A DNA stretch of 64,000 nt from Macrostomum lignano (Eukaryota). The notes under the pieces are model-generated. The model had not been told where the DNA came from. It did not search any database and was given only the letters and a program-made list of their open reading frames with translations. The stretch's first letter is position 1. Each line of letters begins with the position of its first letter. The DNA is taken from contig NIVC01001145.1 in the NCBI GenBank assembly GCA_002269645.1, positions 1 through 64,000 on the forward strand. The letters run 5' to 3'. A program made the translations under genes and the position numbers. Positions 48,381-62,319 of the stretch are shown in pieces.

Positions 48381-51300
48381 TTGTCTGTCTATCTGTCTTA
48401 CCTGTCTGTCTATCTGCCTTACCTGTCTGTCTATCTGTCTTACCTGTCTGTCTATCTGTCTTGCCTGTCTATCTGTCCTACCTGTCTGTCTATCTGTCCT
48501 ACCTGTCTGTCTATCTGTCTTACCTGTCTGTCTATCTGTCTTGCCTGTCTATCTGTCCTACCTGTCTGTCTATCTGTCTTACCTGTCTGTCTATCTGCCT
48601 TACCTGTCTGTCTATCTGTCTTACCTGTCTGTCTATCTGTCTTGCCTGTCTATCTGTCCTACCTGTCTGTCTATCTGTCTTACCTGTCTGTCTATCTGCC
48701 TTACCTGTCTGTCTATCTGTCTTACCTGTCTGTCTATCTGTCTTGCCTGTCTATCTGTCCTACCTGTCTGTCTATCTGTCCTACCTGTCTGTCTATCTGT
48801 CTTACCTGTCTGTCTATCTGTCTTGCCTGTCTATCTGTCCTACCTGTCTGTCTATCTGTCTTACCTGTCTGTCTATCTGCCTTACCTGTCTGTCTATCTG
48901 TCTTACCTGTCTGTCTATCTGTCTTGCCTGTCTATCTGTCCTACCTGTCTGTCTATCTGTCTTACCTGTCTGTCTATCTGCCTTACCTGTCTGTCTATCT
49001 GTCTTACCTGTCTGTCTATCTGTCTTGCCTGTCTATCTGTCCTACCTGTCTGTCTATCTGTCCTACCTGTCTGTCTATCTGTCTTACCTGTCTGTCTATC
49101 TGTCTTGCCTGTCTATCTGTCCTACCTGTCTGTCTATCTGTCTTACCTGTCTGTCTATCTGCCTTACCTGTCTGTCTATCTGTCTTACCTGTCTGTCTAT
49201 CTGTCTTACCTGTCTGTCTATCTGTCTTGCCTGTCTATCTGTCCTACCTGTCTGTCTATCTGTCTTACCTGTCTGTCTATCTGCCTTACCTGTCTGTCTA
49301 TCTGTCTTACCTGTCTGTCTATCTGTCTTGCCTGTCTATCTGTCCTACCTGTCTGTCTATCTGTCCTACCTGTCTGTCTATCTGTCTTACCTGTCTGTCT
49401 ATCTGTCTTGCCTGTCTATCTGTCCTACCTGTCTGTCTATCTGTCTTACCTGTCTGTCTATCTGCCTTACCTGTCTGTCTATCTGTCTTACCTGTCTGTC
49501 TATCTGTCTTGCCTGTCTATCTGTCCTACCTGTCTGTCTATCTGTCTTACCTGTCTGTCTATCTGTCTTACCTGTGTCTGTCTATCTGTCCTACCTGTCT
49601 GTCTATCTGTCTTACCTGTCTGTCTATCTGCCTTACCTGTCTGTCTATCTGTCTTACCTGTCTGTCTATCTGTCTTACCTGTCTGTCTATCTGTCTTGCC
49701 TGTCTATCTGTCCTACCTGTCTGTCTATCTGTCTTGCCTGTCTATCTGTCCTACCTGTCTGTCTATCTGTCTTACCTGTCTGTCTATCTGCCTTACCTGT
49801 CTGTCTATCTGTCTTACCTGTCTGTCTATCTGTCTTGCCTGTCTATCTGTCCTACCTGTCTGTCTTTCTGTCTTACCTGTCTGTCTATCTGCCTTACCTG
49901 TCTGTCTATCTGTCTTACCTGTCTGTCTATCTGTCTTGCCTGTCTATCTGTCCTACCTGTCTGTCTATCTGTCTTACCTGTCTGTCTATCTGTCCTACCT
50001 GTGTCTGTCTATCTGCCTTACCTGTCTGTCTATCTGTCCTACCCGTCTGTCTATCTGCTTTACCTGTCTGTCTATCTGTCCTACCTGTCTGTCTATCTGT
50101 CTTACCTGTCTGTCTATCTGTCCTACCTGTGTCTGTCTATCTGTCCTACCTGTCTGTCTATCTGTCTTACCTGTCTGTCTATCTGCCTTACCTGTCTGTC
50201 TATCTGTCTTACCTGTCTGTCTATCTGTCTTGCCTGTCTATCTGTCCTACCTGTCTGTCTATCTGTCCTACCTGTCTGTCTATCTGTCTTACCTGTCTGT
50301 CTATCTGTCTTGCCTGTCTATCTGTCCTACCTGTCTGTCTATCTGTCTTACCTGTCTGTCTATCTGCCTTACCTGTCTGTCTATCTGTCTTACCTGTCTG
50401 TCTATCTGTCTTGCCTGTCTATCTGTCCTACCTGTCTGTCTATCTGTCTTACCTGTCTGTCTATCTGCCTTACCTGTCTGTCTATCTGTCTTACCTGTCT
50501 GTCTATCTGTCTTGCCTGTCTATCTGTCCTACCTGTCTGTCTATCTGTCCTACCTGTCTGTCTATCTGTCTTACCTGTCTGTCTATCTGTCTTGCCTGTC
50601 TATCTGTCCTACCTGTCTGTCTATCTGTCTTACCTGTCTGTCTATCTGCCTTACCTGTCTGTCTATCTGTCTTACCTGTCTGTCTATCTGTCTTGCCTGT
50701 CTATCTGTCCTACCTGTCTGTCTATCTGTCTTACCTGTCTGTCTATCTGTCTTACCTGTGTCTGTCTATCTGTCCTACCTGTCTGTCTATCTGTCTTACC
50801 TGTCTGTCTATCTGCCTTACCTGTCTGTCTATCTGTCTTACCTGTCTGTCTATCTGTCTTACCTGTCTGTCTATCTGTCTTGCCTGTCTATCTGTCCTAC
50901 CTGTCTGTCTATCTGTCTTGCCTGTCTATCTGTCCTACCTGTCTGTCTATCTGTCTTACCTGTCTGTCTATCTGCCTTACCTGTCTGTCTATCTGTCTTA
51001 CCTGTCTGTCTATCTGTCTTGCCTGTCTATCTGTCCTACCTGTCTGTCTTTCTGTCTTACCTGTCTGTCTATCTGCCTTACCTGTCTGTCTATCTGTCTT
51101 ACCTGTCTGTCTATCTGTCTTGCCTGTCTATCTGTCCTACCTGTCTGTCTATCTGTCTTACCTGTCTGTCTATCTGTCCTACCTGTGTCTGTCTATCTGC
51201 CTTACCTGTCTGTCTATCTGTCCTACCCGTCTGTCTATCTGCTTTACCTGTCTGTCTATCTGTCCTACCTGTCTGTCTATCTGTCTTACCTGTCTGTCTA

Positions 51301-52350
51301 TCTGTCCTACCTGTGTCTGTCTATCTGTCCTACCTGTCTGTCTATCTGTCTTACCTGTCTGTCTATCTGCCTTACCTGTCTGTCTATCTGTCTTACCTGT
51401 CTGTCTATCTGTCTTACCTGTCTGTCTATCTGTCTTACCTGTCTGTCTATCTGTCTTGCCTGTCTATCTGTCCTACCTGTCTGTCTATCTGTCTTGCCTG
51501 TCTATCTGTCCTACCTGTCTGTCTATCTGTCTTACCTGTCTGTCTATCTGCCTTACCTGTCTGTCTATCTGTCTTACCTGTCTGTCTATCTGTCTTGCCT
51601 GTCTATCTGTCCTACCTGTCTGTCTATCTGTCTTACCTGTCTGTCTATCTGCCTTACCTGTCTGTCTATCTGTCTTACCTGTCTGTCTATCTGTCTTGCC
51701 TGTCTATCTGTCCTACCTGTCTGTCTATCTGTCTTACCTGTCTGTCTATCTGTCCTACCTGTGTCTGTCTATCTGCCTTACCTGTCTGTCTATCTGTCCT
51801 ACCCGTCTGTCTATCTGCTTTACCTGTCTGTCTATCTGTCCTACCTGTCTGTCTATCTGCCTTACCTGTCTGTCTATCTGCTTTACATGTCTGTCTATCT
51901 GTCCTACTTGTCTGTCTATCTGTCCTACCTGTCTGTTTATCTGTCCTTACCTGTCTGTCTATCTGCCTTACCTGTCTGTCTATCTGCCTTACCTGTCTGT
52001 CTTTCTGTCTTACCTGTCTGTCTATCTGCCTTACCTGTCTGTCTATCTGTTTTACATGTCTGTCTATCTGTCCTACTTGTCTGTCTATCTGTCCTACCTG
52101 TCTGTTTATCTGTCCTTACCTGTCTGTCTATCTGCCTTACCTGTCTGTCTATCTGCTTTACATGTCTGTCTATCTGTCCTACTTGTCTGTCTATCTGTCC
52201 TACCTGTCTGTTTATCTGTCCTTACCTGTCTGTCTATCTGCCTTACCTGTCTGTCTATCTGCCTTACCTGTCTGTCTTTCTGCCTTACCTGTCTGTCTTT
52301 CTGTCTTACCTGTCTGTCTATCTGCCTTACCTGTCTGTCTATCTGTCTTT
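48381..52350. repeat. 4-kb satellite of 21/17-bp units with higher-order repeats
   Basis: Units acctgtctgtctatctg(t/c)c(t/c)t and gcctgtctatctgtcct, with periods of 80/101, 282 and 1184 bp. Confidence 0.98.
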
Positions 52351-53108
52351 CGCCCCTGTCCATCAGTTCCCTCTATAGCGTATGTTTTATTTTTGATTTT
52401 AACAGTCTTAAGCAGCCCCTATTATTCTTATTTCCCAAAATTTTTCCCTAGAAAAATCCCATTTTTATCTCGACCATTTATATAGCGCTTATAAGTTTCA
52501 GTCCAGATGATGATGAAGGAGGCTGGCAGTTGTAATGCTAATTAAATGTACCCTCCCCCTCAAACCCAACCGATAAAGCAGCACACATGATACGAGAGCC
52601 GCCTATGTGGGGGCGGCTGAACGCCCCAAGCAGCTCTGCAGATTGGCATCCCAGATAAAAAACACAACGAACCCGTCTGCACCCAATTGGGAAAAACTGC
52701 TTAAGGCAAAGGCATGCCTGGTGGCTGCTATAGTGGCAACGGAAAGTGATTAGAGGCTAAACTTGATGAAGCATCCTTCGATGGCCGATAAACCAACACT
52801 CCCAACACCCACCGTTTCAAGCCCCAACTGAAAAAAAAATCTCAACAAACCTGACCCACTGCTGCGTTACAATAAGTGTTACTAATATGATAGTTAGTTT
52901 ATCTTATATTTCAGTCCAGTAAGGGCCTGCAAAAGGTGCTGTATCCACGTGGGGTCGCTGCTTATAGACAATGCGGGAGACAGATTTACTTTTGGTAATA
53001 AATAAGCAGCACAGTGGGAGTTTTCTGTACCTGTCAGGGAGGCCTAAAAGCGGAGTCTGGAATGATACGTCTCTTCTACATCAATATCGTTTTACTTTTC
53101 GAGCTGGA

Positions 53109-54075
53109 GTCTGACACCTCAGTATCTACTCTGTCTGACACCTCAGTGTCTACTCTGTCTGACACCTCAGTGTCTACTCTGTCTGACACCTCAGTGTCTA
53201 CTCTGTGTGACACCTCAGTATCTACTGTGTCTGACACCTCAGTGTCTACTCTTTGTGACACCTCAGTGTCTACTCTGTCTGACACCTCAGTGTCTACTCT
53301 GTCTGACACCTCAGTATCTACTCTTTGTGACACCTCAGTGTCTACTCTTTGTGACACCTCAGTGTCTACTCTTTGTGACACCTCAGTGTCTACTCTGTCT
53401 GACACCTCAGTGTCTACTCTGTCTGACACCTCAGTGTCTACTCTTTGTGACACCTCAGTATCTACTCTTTGTGACACCTCAGTGTCTACTCTGTCTGACA
53501 CCTCAGTATCTACTCTGTCTGACACCTCAGTATCTACTGTGTCTGACACCTCAGTGTCTACTCTGTGTGACACCTCAGTGTCTACTCTGTCTGACACCTC
53601 AGTGTCTACTCTGTCTGACACCTCAGTGTCTACTCTTTGTGACACCTCAGTGTCTACTCTTTGTGACACCTCAGTGTCTACTCTGTCTGACACCTCAGTG
53701 TCTACTCTGTCTGACACCTCAGTATCTACTCTTTGTGACACCTCAGTGTCTACTCTTTGTGACACCTCAGTGTCTACTCTTTGTGACACCTCAGTGTCTA
53801 CTCTGTCTGACACCTCAGTGTCTACTCTGTCTGACACCTCAGTATCTACTCTGTCTGACACCTCAGTGTCTACTCTGTCTGACACCTCAGTGTCTACTCT
53901 TTGTGACACCTCAGTATCTACTTTTTGTGACACCTCAGTGTCTACTCTGTCTGACACCTCAGTATCTACTCTGTCTGACACCTCAGTATCTACTGTGTCT
54001 GACACCTCAGTGTCTACTCTGTGTGACACCTCAGTGTCTACTCTGTCTGACACCTCAGTGTCTACTCTGTCTGAT
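53109..54075. repeat. 24-bp minisatellite, about 40 copies
   Basis: Unit tctgacacctcagtgtctactctg with no indels. Confidence 0.98.
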
Positions 54076-54599
54076 ACTGCACCCTTGTAACTCCGTTTCA
54101 TAATCCTGGGCCTCCTTGGTTTCCAGTCACTACATAAAGTTGCTGTCTGTCACAAGTGCTGACACTTTTGTTAGCTAATAAATATAAGCCATGAAACAAA
54201 GACTTCCCATTTGCTTTTTTGCTGTGTTTCTGTCAGCCCGATCCAGATGGCAGCACTCAAATTACAGGGGCTGTTTCCGCTATTTTTTAAAGATTGTCCT
54301 GTCCTTATCGCGGCTCGGTGATCTATTGGTGATAGGAAAGTTGGGAAAATTATCCCATGCCAGGTCAGGTCTCCATTGATGACGGAGCATTGTTGACTGT
54401 GTTAGTTATACGAGAACTCAATCCAGTTTTGTAAAGTTTGTAAAAAATTATAATACATACCATTCCCTAATCACACGTCTCACTTATGGGAATATTGGAC
54501 TTTAAGATTCACACTCTAGAATCTCACACTTAAATCTCACTGTCAGAATCTTATTCTTAGAAGCTCACCCATGAATATTAAAGTCTTAAGAGTCTTTTC

Positions 54600-54910
54600 A
54601 GACAAGATTTTCTCAGACAAGGCGCGAGAGAGTCAGACAAGGCGCGAGAGAGTCAGACAAGGCACGAGAGAGTCAGACAAGGCACGAGAGAGTCAGACAA
54701 GGCACGAGAGAGTCAGACAAGGCACGAGAGAGTCAGACAAGGCACGAGAGAGTCAGACAAGGCACGAGAGAGTCAGACAAGGCGCGAGAGAGTCAGACAA
54801 GGCGCGAGAGAGTCAGACAAGGCGCGAGAGAGTCAGACAAGGCGCGAGAGAGTCAGACAAGGCGCGAGAGAGTCAGACAAGGCGCGAGAGTCAGACAAGG
54901 CGTGAGAGTC
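54600..54910. repeat. 20-bp minisatellite
   Basis: Unit gagagagtcagacaaggc(g/a)c. Confidence 0.97.
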
Positions 54911-55563
54911 AGGCATCAGAGTTGGTCAGTAAATTTTCTCAGCCAATTAGTAGCCCTTCCCCACTGTCTGGTGGCCGCTGCTGTGAGAGACACGGGGGGG
55001 GGGGAGCGGCCCCAGGAAACAGGGGCCGCGCAGCCCCAGCTCAGCGGGAAATTAGCCCTCAGCCAGACAATATCGTGGGAAAAATTCGCCCCTCCGTGCA
55101 TTCGTAGAAAAGAAGAGGAATTTACACTCTAGTCGCCCTCATTTCCCCTTGCCCACCCACTTGCCGGCTATTCCCGATGATTTAGCCAAAAGAGACAAAA
55201 GCAACTGCTTAGCTTAATTGCTGCTTTTAAAAAGGCTATAGCTAGGCTAGTTAGTGAGTTATCAAAACTGCATAAGCTAAATAGTTTGAAGAAGGCACCA
55301 GGCGAGTCAGTTTAATTAAGGCAGTTCTTGACCGCGGGTTTCGACATTATCGATACTGCGAAATATTTTAGCTAATTGCTAACAGGCATTGGCAGCACTG
55401 TCGCTAGCAGGAATGTCGGTCTACTGGGGCGGGGGGGGGGTAATGAGGCTTATCTAACAACTTGTAAAGCTCCCTCTTTAAGGGTTAACCAGCTATTGAT
55501 TGTCTGGCACTAACTGTCAATCACGGTCTTTGTTGGTTTGTGTATCACACAGACTTGATTTTT

Positions 55564-56123
55564 TCAGTCAGTCAGTCAGTCAGTCAGTCAGTCAGTCAGT
55601 CAGTCAGTCAGTCAGTCAGTCAGTCAGTCAGTCAGTCAGTCAGTCAGTCAGTCAGTCAGTCAGTCAGTCAGTCAGTCAGTCAGTCAGTCAGTCAGTCAGT
55701 CAGTCAGTCAGTCAGTCAGTCAGTCAGTCAGTCAGTCAGTCAGTCAGTCAGTCAGTCAGTCAGTCAGTCAGTCAGTCAGTCAGTCAGTCAGTCAGTCAGT
55801 CAGTCAGTCAGTCAGTCAGTCAGTCAGTCAGTCAGTCAGTCAGTCAGTCAGTCAGTCAGTCAGTCAGTCAGTCAGTCAGTCAGTCAGTCAGTCAGTCAGT
55901 CAGTCAGTCAGTCAGTCAGTCAGTCAGTCAGTCAGTCAGTCAGTCAGTCAGTCAGTCAGTCAGTCAGTCAGTCAGTCAGTCAGTCAGTCAGTCAGTCAGT
56001 CAGTCAGTCAGTCAGTCAGTCAGTCAGTCAGTCAGTCAGTCAGTCAGTCAGTCAGTCAGTCAGTCAGTCAGTCAGTCAGTCAGTCAGTCAGTCAGTCAGT
56101 CAGTCAGTCAGTCAGTCAGTCAG
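55564..56123. repeat. Perfect (TCAG)n microsatellite, about 140 units
   Basis: Uninterrupted tetranucleotide run of 560 bp. Confidence 0.99.
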
Positions 56124-56534
56124 GATGGTCCGCAATGGCACTGGGGACCGGCCAGTTCACATGACGGTCCGGCCAGCTGTCTCTTTCCCTCAGTGTAATC
56201 AGAGAAATAATTTTAATTGCCGCAAAGCGCCTATAACTTTCGGTTTTATTCGATCTCTTTCAAAGGTAGCGCAGCGCGAATGTCAGTGTGTGCGCCAATG
56301 TGTGTGTTGTGCGGAACACAAAGCGGATCCCAGAAGCTGCCACGCAGACCGCTTATAGCCTGGGATGCGGCGTTGATAAGGTGAGAGAAAGTGGTCAGCA
56401 GCGAGGTGATTCAGTTGAACCGGGCACAGGGACCTCCGATTTAAATGATTGGACTGGAAACCCATGCCAGCAATTGAGGCATTGGAAATATCAGTGAGCG
56501 ATATGGGAGCATATTTTAGTACTATAATTTCAAC

Positions 56535-57010
56535 TCTAAGCTTCATCACCAACCCTAAGCTTCATCACCAAACCTAAGCTTCATCACCAACCCTAAGCTT
56601 CATCACCAACCCTAAGCTTCATCACCAAACCTAAGCTTCATCACCAACCCTAAGCTTCATCACCAACCCTAAGCTTCATCACCTACCCTAAGCTTCATCA
56701 CCAACCCTAAGCTTCATCACCAAACCTAAGCTTCATCACCAACCATAAGCTTCATCACCAACCCTAAGCTTCATCACCTACCCTAAGCTTCATCACCAAC
56801 CCTAAGCTTCATCACCAAACCTAAGCTTCATCACCAAACCTAAGCTTCATCACCAACCCTAAGCTTCATCACCAACCCTAAGCTTCATCACCAAACCTAG
56901 GCTTCATCACCAACCCTAAGCTTCATCACCAAACCTAGGCTTCATCACCAACCCTAAGCTTCATCACCAACCCTAAGCTTCATCACCAACCCTAAGCTTC
57001 ATCACCAACC
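56535..57010. repeat. 19-bp minisatellite
   Basis: Unit ccctaagcttcatcaccaa, about 25 copies. Confidence 0.97.
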
Positions 57011-57604
57011 GTAGCTTCTTCAATTTCTCAAATTTCCCCAATCTGAATTCCCAGTCCAGGTAAAGCCACCGATGGTCCATGGACATTGCCGGAACCAAAA
57101 GTTTGCTTATTACCGGGGCTGCCTTATCTCTCTTTACCTTGATGCCGAATTGAGGCAAAGCTTCCCCAGGAGCTATAAAATGCTATAGGCTCCGCAGCCT
57201 CGCATGGGCCCATGACTAGCGAATCTGTTATATCGTATAGACATAAAAGATTTTGCCGACAAAATCGCATGAAAACTCCTATCTAAGCTAGCGCGGCCCA
57301 ATTTGCTGTTGAAATTTCCCAGATCTCCTAATATAAATGGGGGGGGGCAGGTCTATCAAATGTCGGCAGGTAGAAGGTAGTGTGTGTAAGCTGATCAGGC
57401 TAATGTGCACCGTTTATGTGAATGAATGACATTCAAAATTATAACCCCAATCAGATTTGAAACTGCCTGCTAGTAAGAAGATAGTTCCTCTATATACTAA
57501 AAATGTATGCACTAAGATTAGAAATTCTACTGGTCAAAATGTGGACAATAAACTACTAGAAATAAAAGAGATTCGGATGAGATAGAACACGACTCTCATA
57601 GAGT

Positions 57605-58240
57605 TTGGATGGAGATGGAGAGGAGATGAAGAGGGAGAGATGGAGAGGAGTGAGATGGAGAGGGGTGAGATGGAGAGGGGTGAGATGAAGAGGGGTGAGA
57701 TGGAGAGGGGTGAGATGGAGAGGGGTGAGATGGAGTGGGTAAGATGGGGAGGAGTGAGATAAAGAGTGAGATGGAGAGGGGTGAGATGGAGAGGGGTGAG
57801 ATGGAGAGGAGTGAGATAGAGAGGAGTGAGATGGAGAGGGGTGAGATGGAGAAGGGTGAGATGGAGTGGGTAAGATGGGGAGGAGTGAGATAAAGAGTGA
57901 GATGGAGAGGGGTGAGATGGAGAGGGGTGAGATGGAGAGGAGTGAGATAGAGAGGAGTGAGATGGAGAGGGGTGAGATGGAGAGGGGTGAGATAGAGAGG
58001 AGTGAGATGGAGAGGGGTGAGATGGAGAGGAGTGAGATAGAGAGGAGTGAGATGGAGAGGGGTGAGATGGAGAGGGGTGAGATGTTAAGGGGTGAGATGG
58101 AGAGGGGTGAGATGTTAAGGGGTGAGATGGAGAGGGGTGAGATGTTAAGGGGTGAGATGGAGAGGGGTGAGATGGAGAGGGGTGAGATGTTAAGGGGTGA
58201 GATGGAGAGGGGTGAGATTTTAAGGGGTGAGATGGAGAGC
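57605..58240. repeat. 15-bp purine-rich minisatellite
   Basis: Unit gagatggagaggggt. Confidence 0.95.
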
Positions 58241-58734
58241 AAGAGCACAGGAAGCTACAGAGAAGGGCAATTACAGACTGCAGTCAGTTTCCTATTGATA
58301 AATTGAACTCGGAGTTGAAGGCCATAGCTCACAGTCTCAAATTATAGTTGTTGGCATTTTCTCCAGCCGCCCGCCTTCTAAGTAATTCCCAAAGAGATTT
58401 ACGACAAACTGACTGGCCGAGCGCGAAGATTAGGGGATGGGAATGCTGGATATTTCTGGCAGAAAATGGATTAGCTGTGGGCTGCGCCAGCCATTGGGAG
58501 GAAGAGGCCAATTATTATTCAAGCGAGCTTTGAGCTTCTCAACACCACCGCACAACTGCTCAAACCCCTTGCACCTGGGTCTCGGGGCTCAGCAGCCCCA
58601 TCAGTCGAGTCCGGCGCAGGGACCACTGGGATATCTTGGACTGGAAAGCATCGGCAAAATCGCAACAACCACAAAAATTAGACAAAACAATTAAGGCAAG
58701 CAGAGCAACCGGATAACGCGACCTCTTAAAAAAT

Positions 58735-59315
58735 CTCACTCTCAGAATACCCAACCTTCAAAATCTCATTCTCAAAACCCTGCAGCCTGCACCTTCAAAA
58801 TCCCATTCTCAAAACCCTGCACCTTCAAAATCTCACTCTCAAAACCCTGCACCTTCAAGTCTCATCCTCAAAACCCTGCACCTTCAAAATCTCACTCTCA
58901 AAACCCTGCACCTTTAAGTCTCACTCTCAAAACCCTGCACCTTCAAAATCTCACTCTCAAAACCCTGCACCTTCAAAATCTCACCCTCAAAACCCTGCAC
59001 CTTCAAGTCTCACCCTCAAAACCCTGCACCTTCAAAATCTCACTTTCAAAACCCTGCACCTTCAAAATCTCACCCTCAAAACCCTGCACCTTCAAAATCT
59101 CACTTTCAAAACCCTGCACCTTCAAAATCTCACTCTCAAAACCCTGCACCTTCAAGTCTCACCCTCAAAACTAGGCACCTTCAAAATCTCATCCCCAAAA
59201 CCCTGCACTTTCAAAATCTCATCTTTAAGACCTGCACCTTCAAAATCTCATCCCCAAAACCCTGCACTTTCAAAATCTCATCTTTAAGACCTGCACCTTC
59301 AAAATCTCACCCTCA
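58735..59315. repeat. 28-29-bp minisatellite
   Basis: Unit ctcaaaaccctgcaccttcaaaatctcac. Confidence 0.95.
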
Positions 59316-60029
59316 AATGCGTTAAATATTAAGTTTGCTTTTAAAAAATTTCCATCAAAATCAACCTGGCAGGCTATCTAGGCAGCCAGTCCAAGTCTTC
59401 AAAGAGGTCCCTGTGCAGAGTCAGTCGGTAGCATCTGCAGCTGTTCATCTCACCCATCAGCCTCCCCTTCCCGGATATTGCGGGTTGACCGTATCCCACC
59501 CATCCCGTTCCTTGGCGGATGGATTATTACTATTATTACAGCTTAACGACTCTCCGCTGCTCAATTTTCTATAAAGCCTCGAATTTGGGGGGGGGGGAAG
59601 ATTTACCGTAGGGATATTTATCCCCACAGTCGGGGCAGTTCTTGGATTTGAAATTTTTTGTCATTTATAAGCTCGAATTGGCTGGTTAATAATAAAGATA
59701 AGGATTATCAGTCACGTGACCAAAACCGGATATTCTCACCTGGCCTGGGTTATATCATTAATTATCCTTCTGGCCATTCCGTTTGACCGCCGCAATTCTG
59801 TGTTCGGGGGTGTTGGCGCGTGAAATCCTCTTTGTATGAGGCACGTGTCTCCCGGTCCCGTCCCTGCCCCCACTTGTATCTAAACTCAAATTTTAAACCG
59901 ACACCAGCCAAAATGAGCAGTCAATTAAATGTATGAAAATTCCATAATCTCTTTGTTTGAAATTCGAACTAAATGTAGTGTCACCCAATGTCCTTCATCT
60001 GGAGGCTCGCGAATTCGCTAAATCTCCCA

Positions 60030-60930
60030 GTCTCTCCCACAATTCTCCCAATCTCCTCAATTCTCCCAATCTCCACAATTCTCCCAATCTCCGCAATTCT
60101 CCCGATCTCCGCAATTCTCCCGATCTCCGCAATTCTCCCAATCTCCACAATTCTCCCAATCTCCTCAATTCTCCCAATCTCCACAATTCTCCCAATCTCC
60201 TCAATTCTCCCAATCTCCAGAATTCTCCCAATCTCCGCAATTCTCCCGATCTCCGCAATTCTCCCAATCTCCGCAATTCTCCCAATCTCCACAATTCTCC
60301 CAATCTCCGCAATTCTCCCAATCTCCGCAATTCTCCCGATCTCCTCAATTCTCCCAATCTCCACAATTCTCCCAATCTCCTCAATTCTCCCAATCTCCAC
60401 AATTCTCCCAATCTCCTCAATTCTCCCAATCTCCTCAATTCTCCCGATCTCCGCAATTCTCCCGATCTCCGCAATTCTCCCGATCTCCGCAATTCGCCTA
60501 ATCTCCGCGAGTTCCCCAATCTCTCTGGCAATTCTCCCGATCTCCGCAATTCTCCCAATCTCCGCAACTCTCCCAATCTCCGCAATTCTCCCAATCTCCG
60601 CAATTCTCCCAATCTCCGCAACTCTCCCAATCTCCGCAACTCTCCCAATCTCCGCGATTCTCCCAATCTCCGCAATTCTCCTAATCTCCACAATTCGCCT
60701 AATCTCCGCGAGTTCCCCAATCTCTCTGGCAATTCTCCCAATCTCCACAATTCTCCTTAATTCTCAGAATCCCCATAATTCTCTCAGTTCTCCTAATCTA
60801 CTCAATTCTCCCAATCTCCGCAATTCTCCCAATCTCCGCAATTCTCCTAATCTCCGCGATTCGCCCAATCTCCGAAATTTCCCCAATCTTTCTGGCAATT
60901 CTCCCAATCCCTACAATTCTCAATTCTCCT
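60030..60930. repeat. 18-bp minisatellite
   Basis: Unit aattctcccaatctccgc. Confidence 0.97.
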
Positions 60931-61501
60931 GAATTATAAAACTAGCCAATTGCCCAAATCTCCCCAATCTTCCCCATAATCATTATTGACATCTTCCTAA
61001 TAATTCTACTAATCTCTTAAATATTCCGAGTCTTTTCGATTCTCAATATTTTCAATAAGCTAATCTCCCAGATATTGCTAATCTGCCAAATTCACTCCCC
61101 CAAAATCTGCAGATAACTCTGCAACGAAAGCAAGCAAGCCAAATAAATAAGCGGAGCCAAAATGCGTTTTTTTCTCCAAAAGAATAAAATTCGAAACAAA
61201 GACCGAAAACGCGCACACACTACTTTATGGGCAACTTATAAAAACCATATTTTTCATATGGAAGAACAGAAAAAAGCCGGAAAAATGAGCGCCAACACAC
61301 TAATTGAATTTCCCACAACAATTATAATTAATTGACAGAAAATTAAAACATGCGTCACAATATTATAAAATTAGAAACACGAAAACGGATTGGTTGGTTA
61401 GACCAAAAATTGGCTGAATGGTGATTTTTGCTAAAAAAAATATAAAAACATTGAACTACTTGATTGGTATGGCAATAAGGACAGGGTTTATAAAAAAATA
61501 G

Positions 61502-62319
61502 TGTGACGTTGTCAGTTTAAGGTGGTCCCGAAAAGGGCCGTTGGACTGCTGTTCTCCATAGTCATTCAACCCTTCAGTTTCACCGTTTCAACTAAACTTT
61601 TCCATTCGTTTATTGCGACGTTTACTTGCAGTAATGCCCAACGATTTTGTGGCAATTTCTAACTCACTGTATATTTTGCTACCCTCTCTCGCGACCGTAT
61701 AAAATTGGCACGATCGATAATTTTAAGTTCTCACGCCAGCCAATGAAATCAGTCGTGCTCGCGCTACCCCCCTCTGCGCTCTTTTATTAAACCCCCCCCC
61801 CCGCCTGGCGGCGGGCACCCCTCACGCTTTTCGTCTCTCCTGTCCCGTTTCTTCTCTCCTTCCCTGGCTGTCTCATCTGTTTGTCTGGCTGCCTAGAGCC
61901 TCCCTATTTCTCGCCACGGCCCCTCTGTCTGGGCCAGTCTGCTCACACACTTACTTGACTGTCTCACGCCACGGCCGACGCCAAACTCGCCACTACGTTT
62001 CACTGCCTTCACTGTGCTCATAGCCACTGCTCACGTCACGTCGCCATTACATCACTCGTCTGTCGCTTGAACACTCATCCGATTTATCTTGAAAGAAACC
62101 ATTGTTGCAGCCGCCAGTGCCCAGGAAACCATAGTTTGTTATTTGCCAGTAACAACCAACTTACTATTTATATTGATAATAAAAACGACTACGGCAGTTT
62201 CCTGCCCTTATTGCCAAGTGCTCCGCTACACCATCCACTGCGCCTGAGTTGACTCCAACTTATTTTTGGGACTAAAACGGCCCTTTTAAGGGTCACGGCC
62301 AACATCAATTAACGTGACA
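61502..62319 (+). mobile_element. Solo LTR (818 bp)
   Basis: TG...CA termini with IR tgtgacgtt/aacgtgaca (8/9). Exact 4-bp TSD ATAG (61498-61501 and 62320-62323). Internal CCAAT (about 61740), TATA-like sequence and AATAAA (62178) occur in LTR order. Confidence 0.72.

Noticed and set aside
56535-57010. Interstitial telomeric repeat (AACCCTAA within the unit)
   Set aside because: There is only one CCCTAA per 19-bp unit, so it is not a tandem telomeric array.
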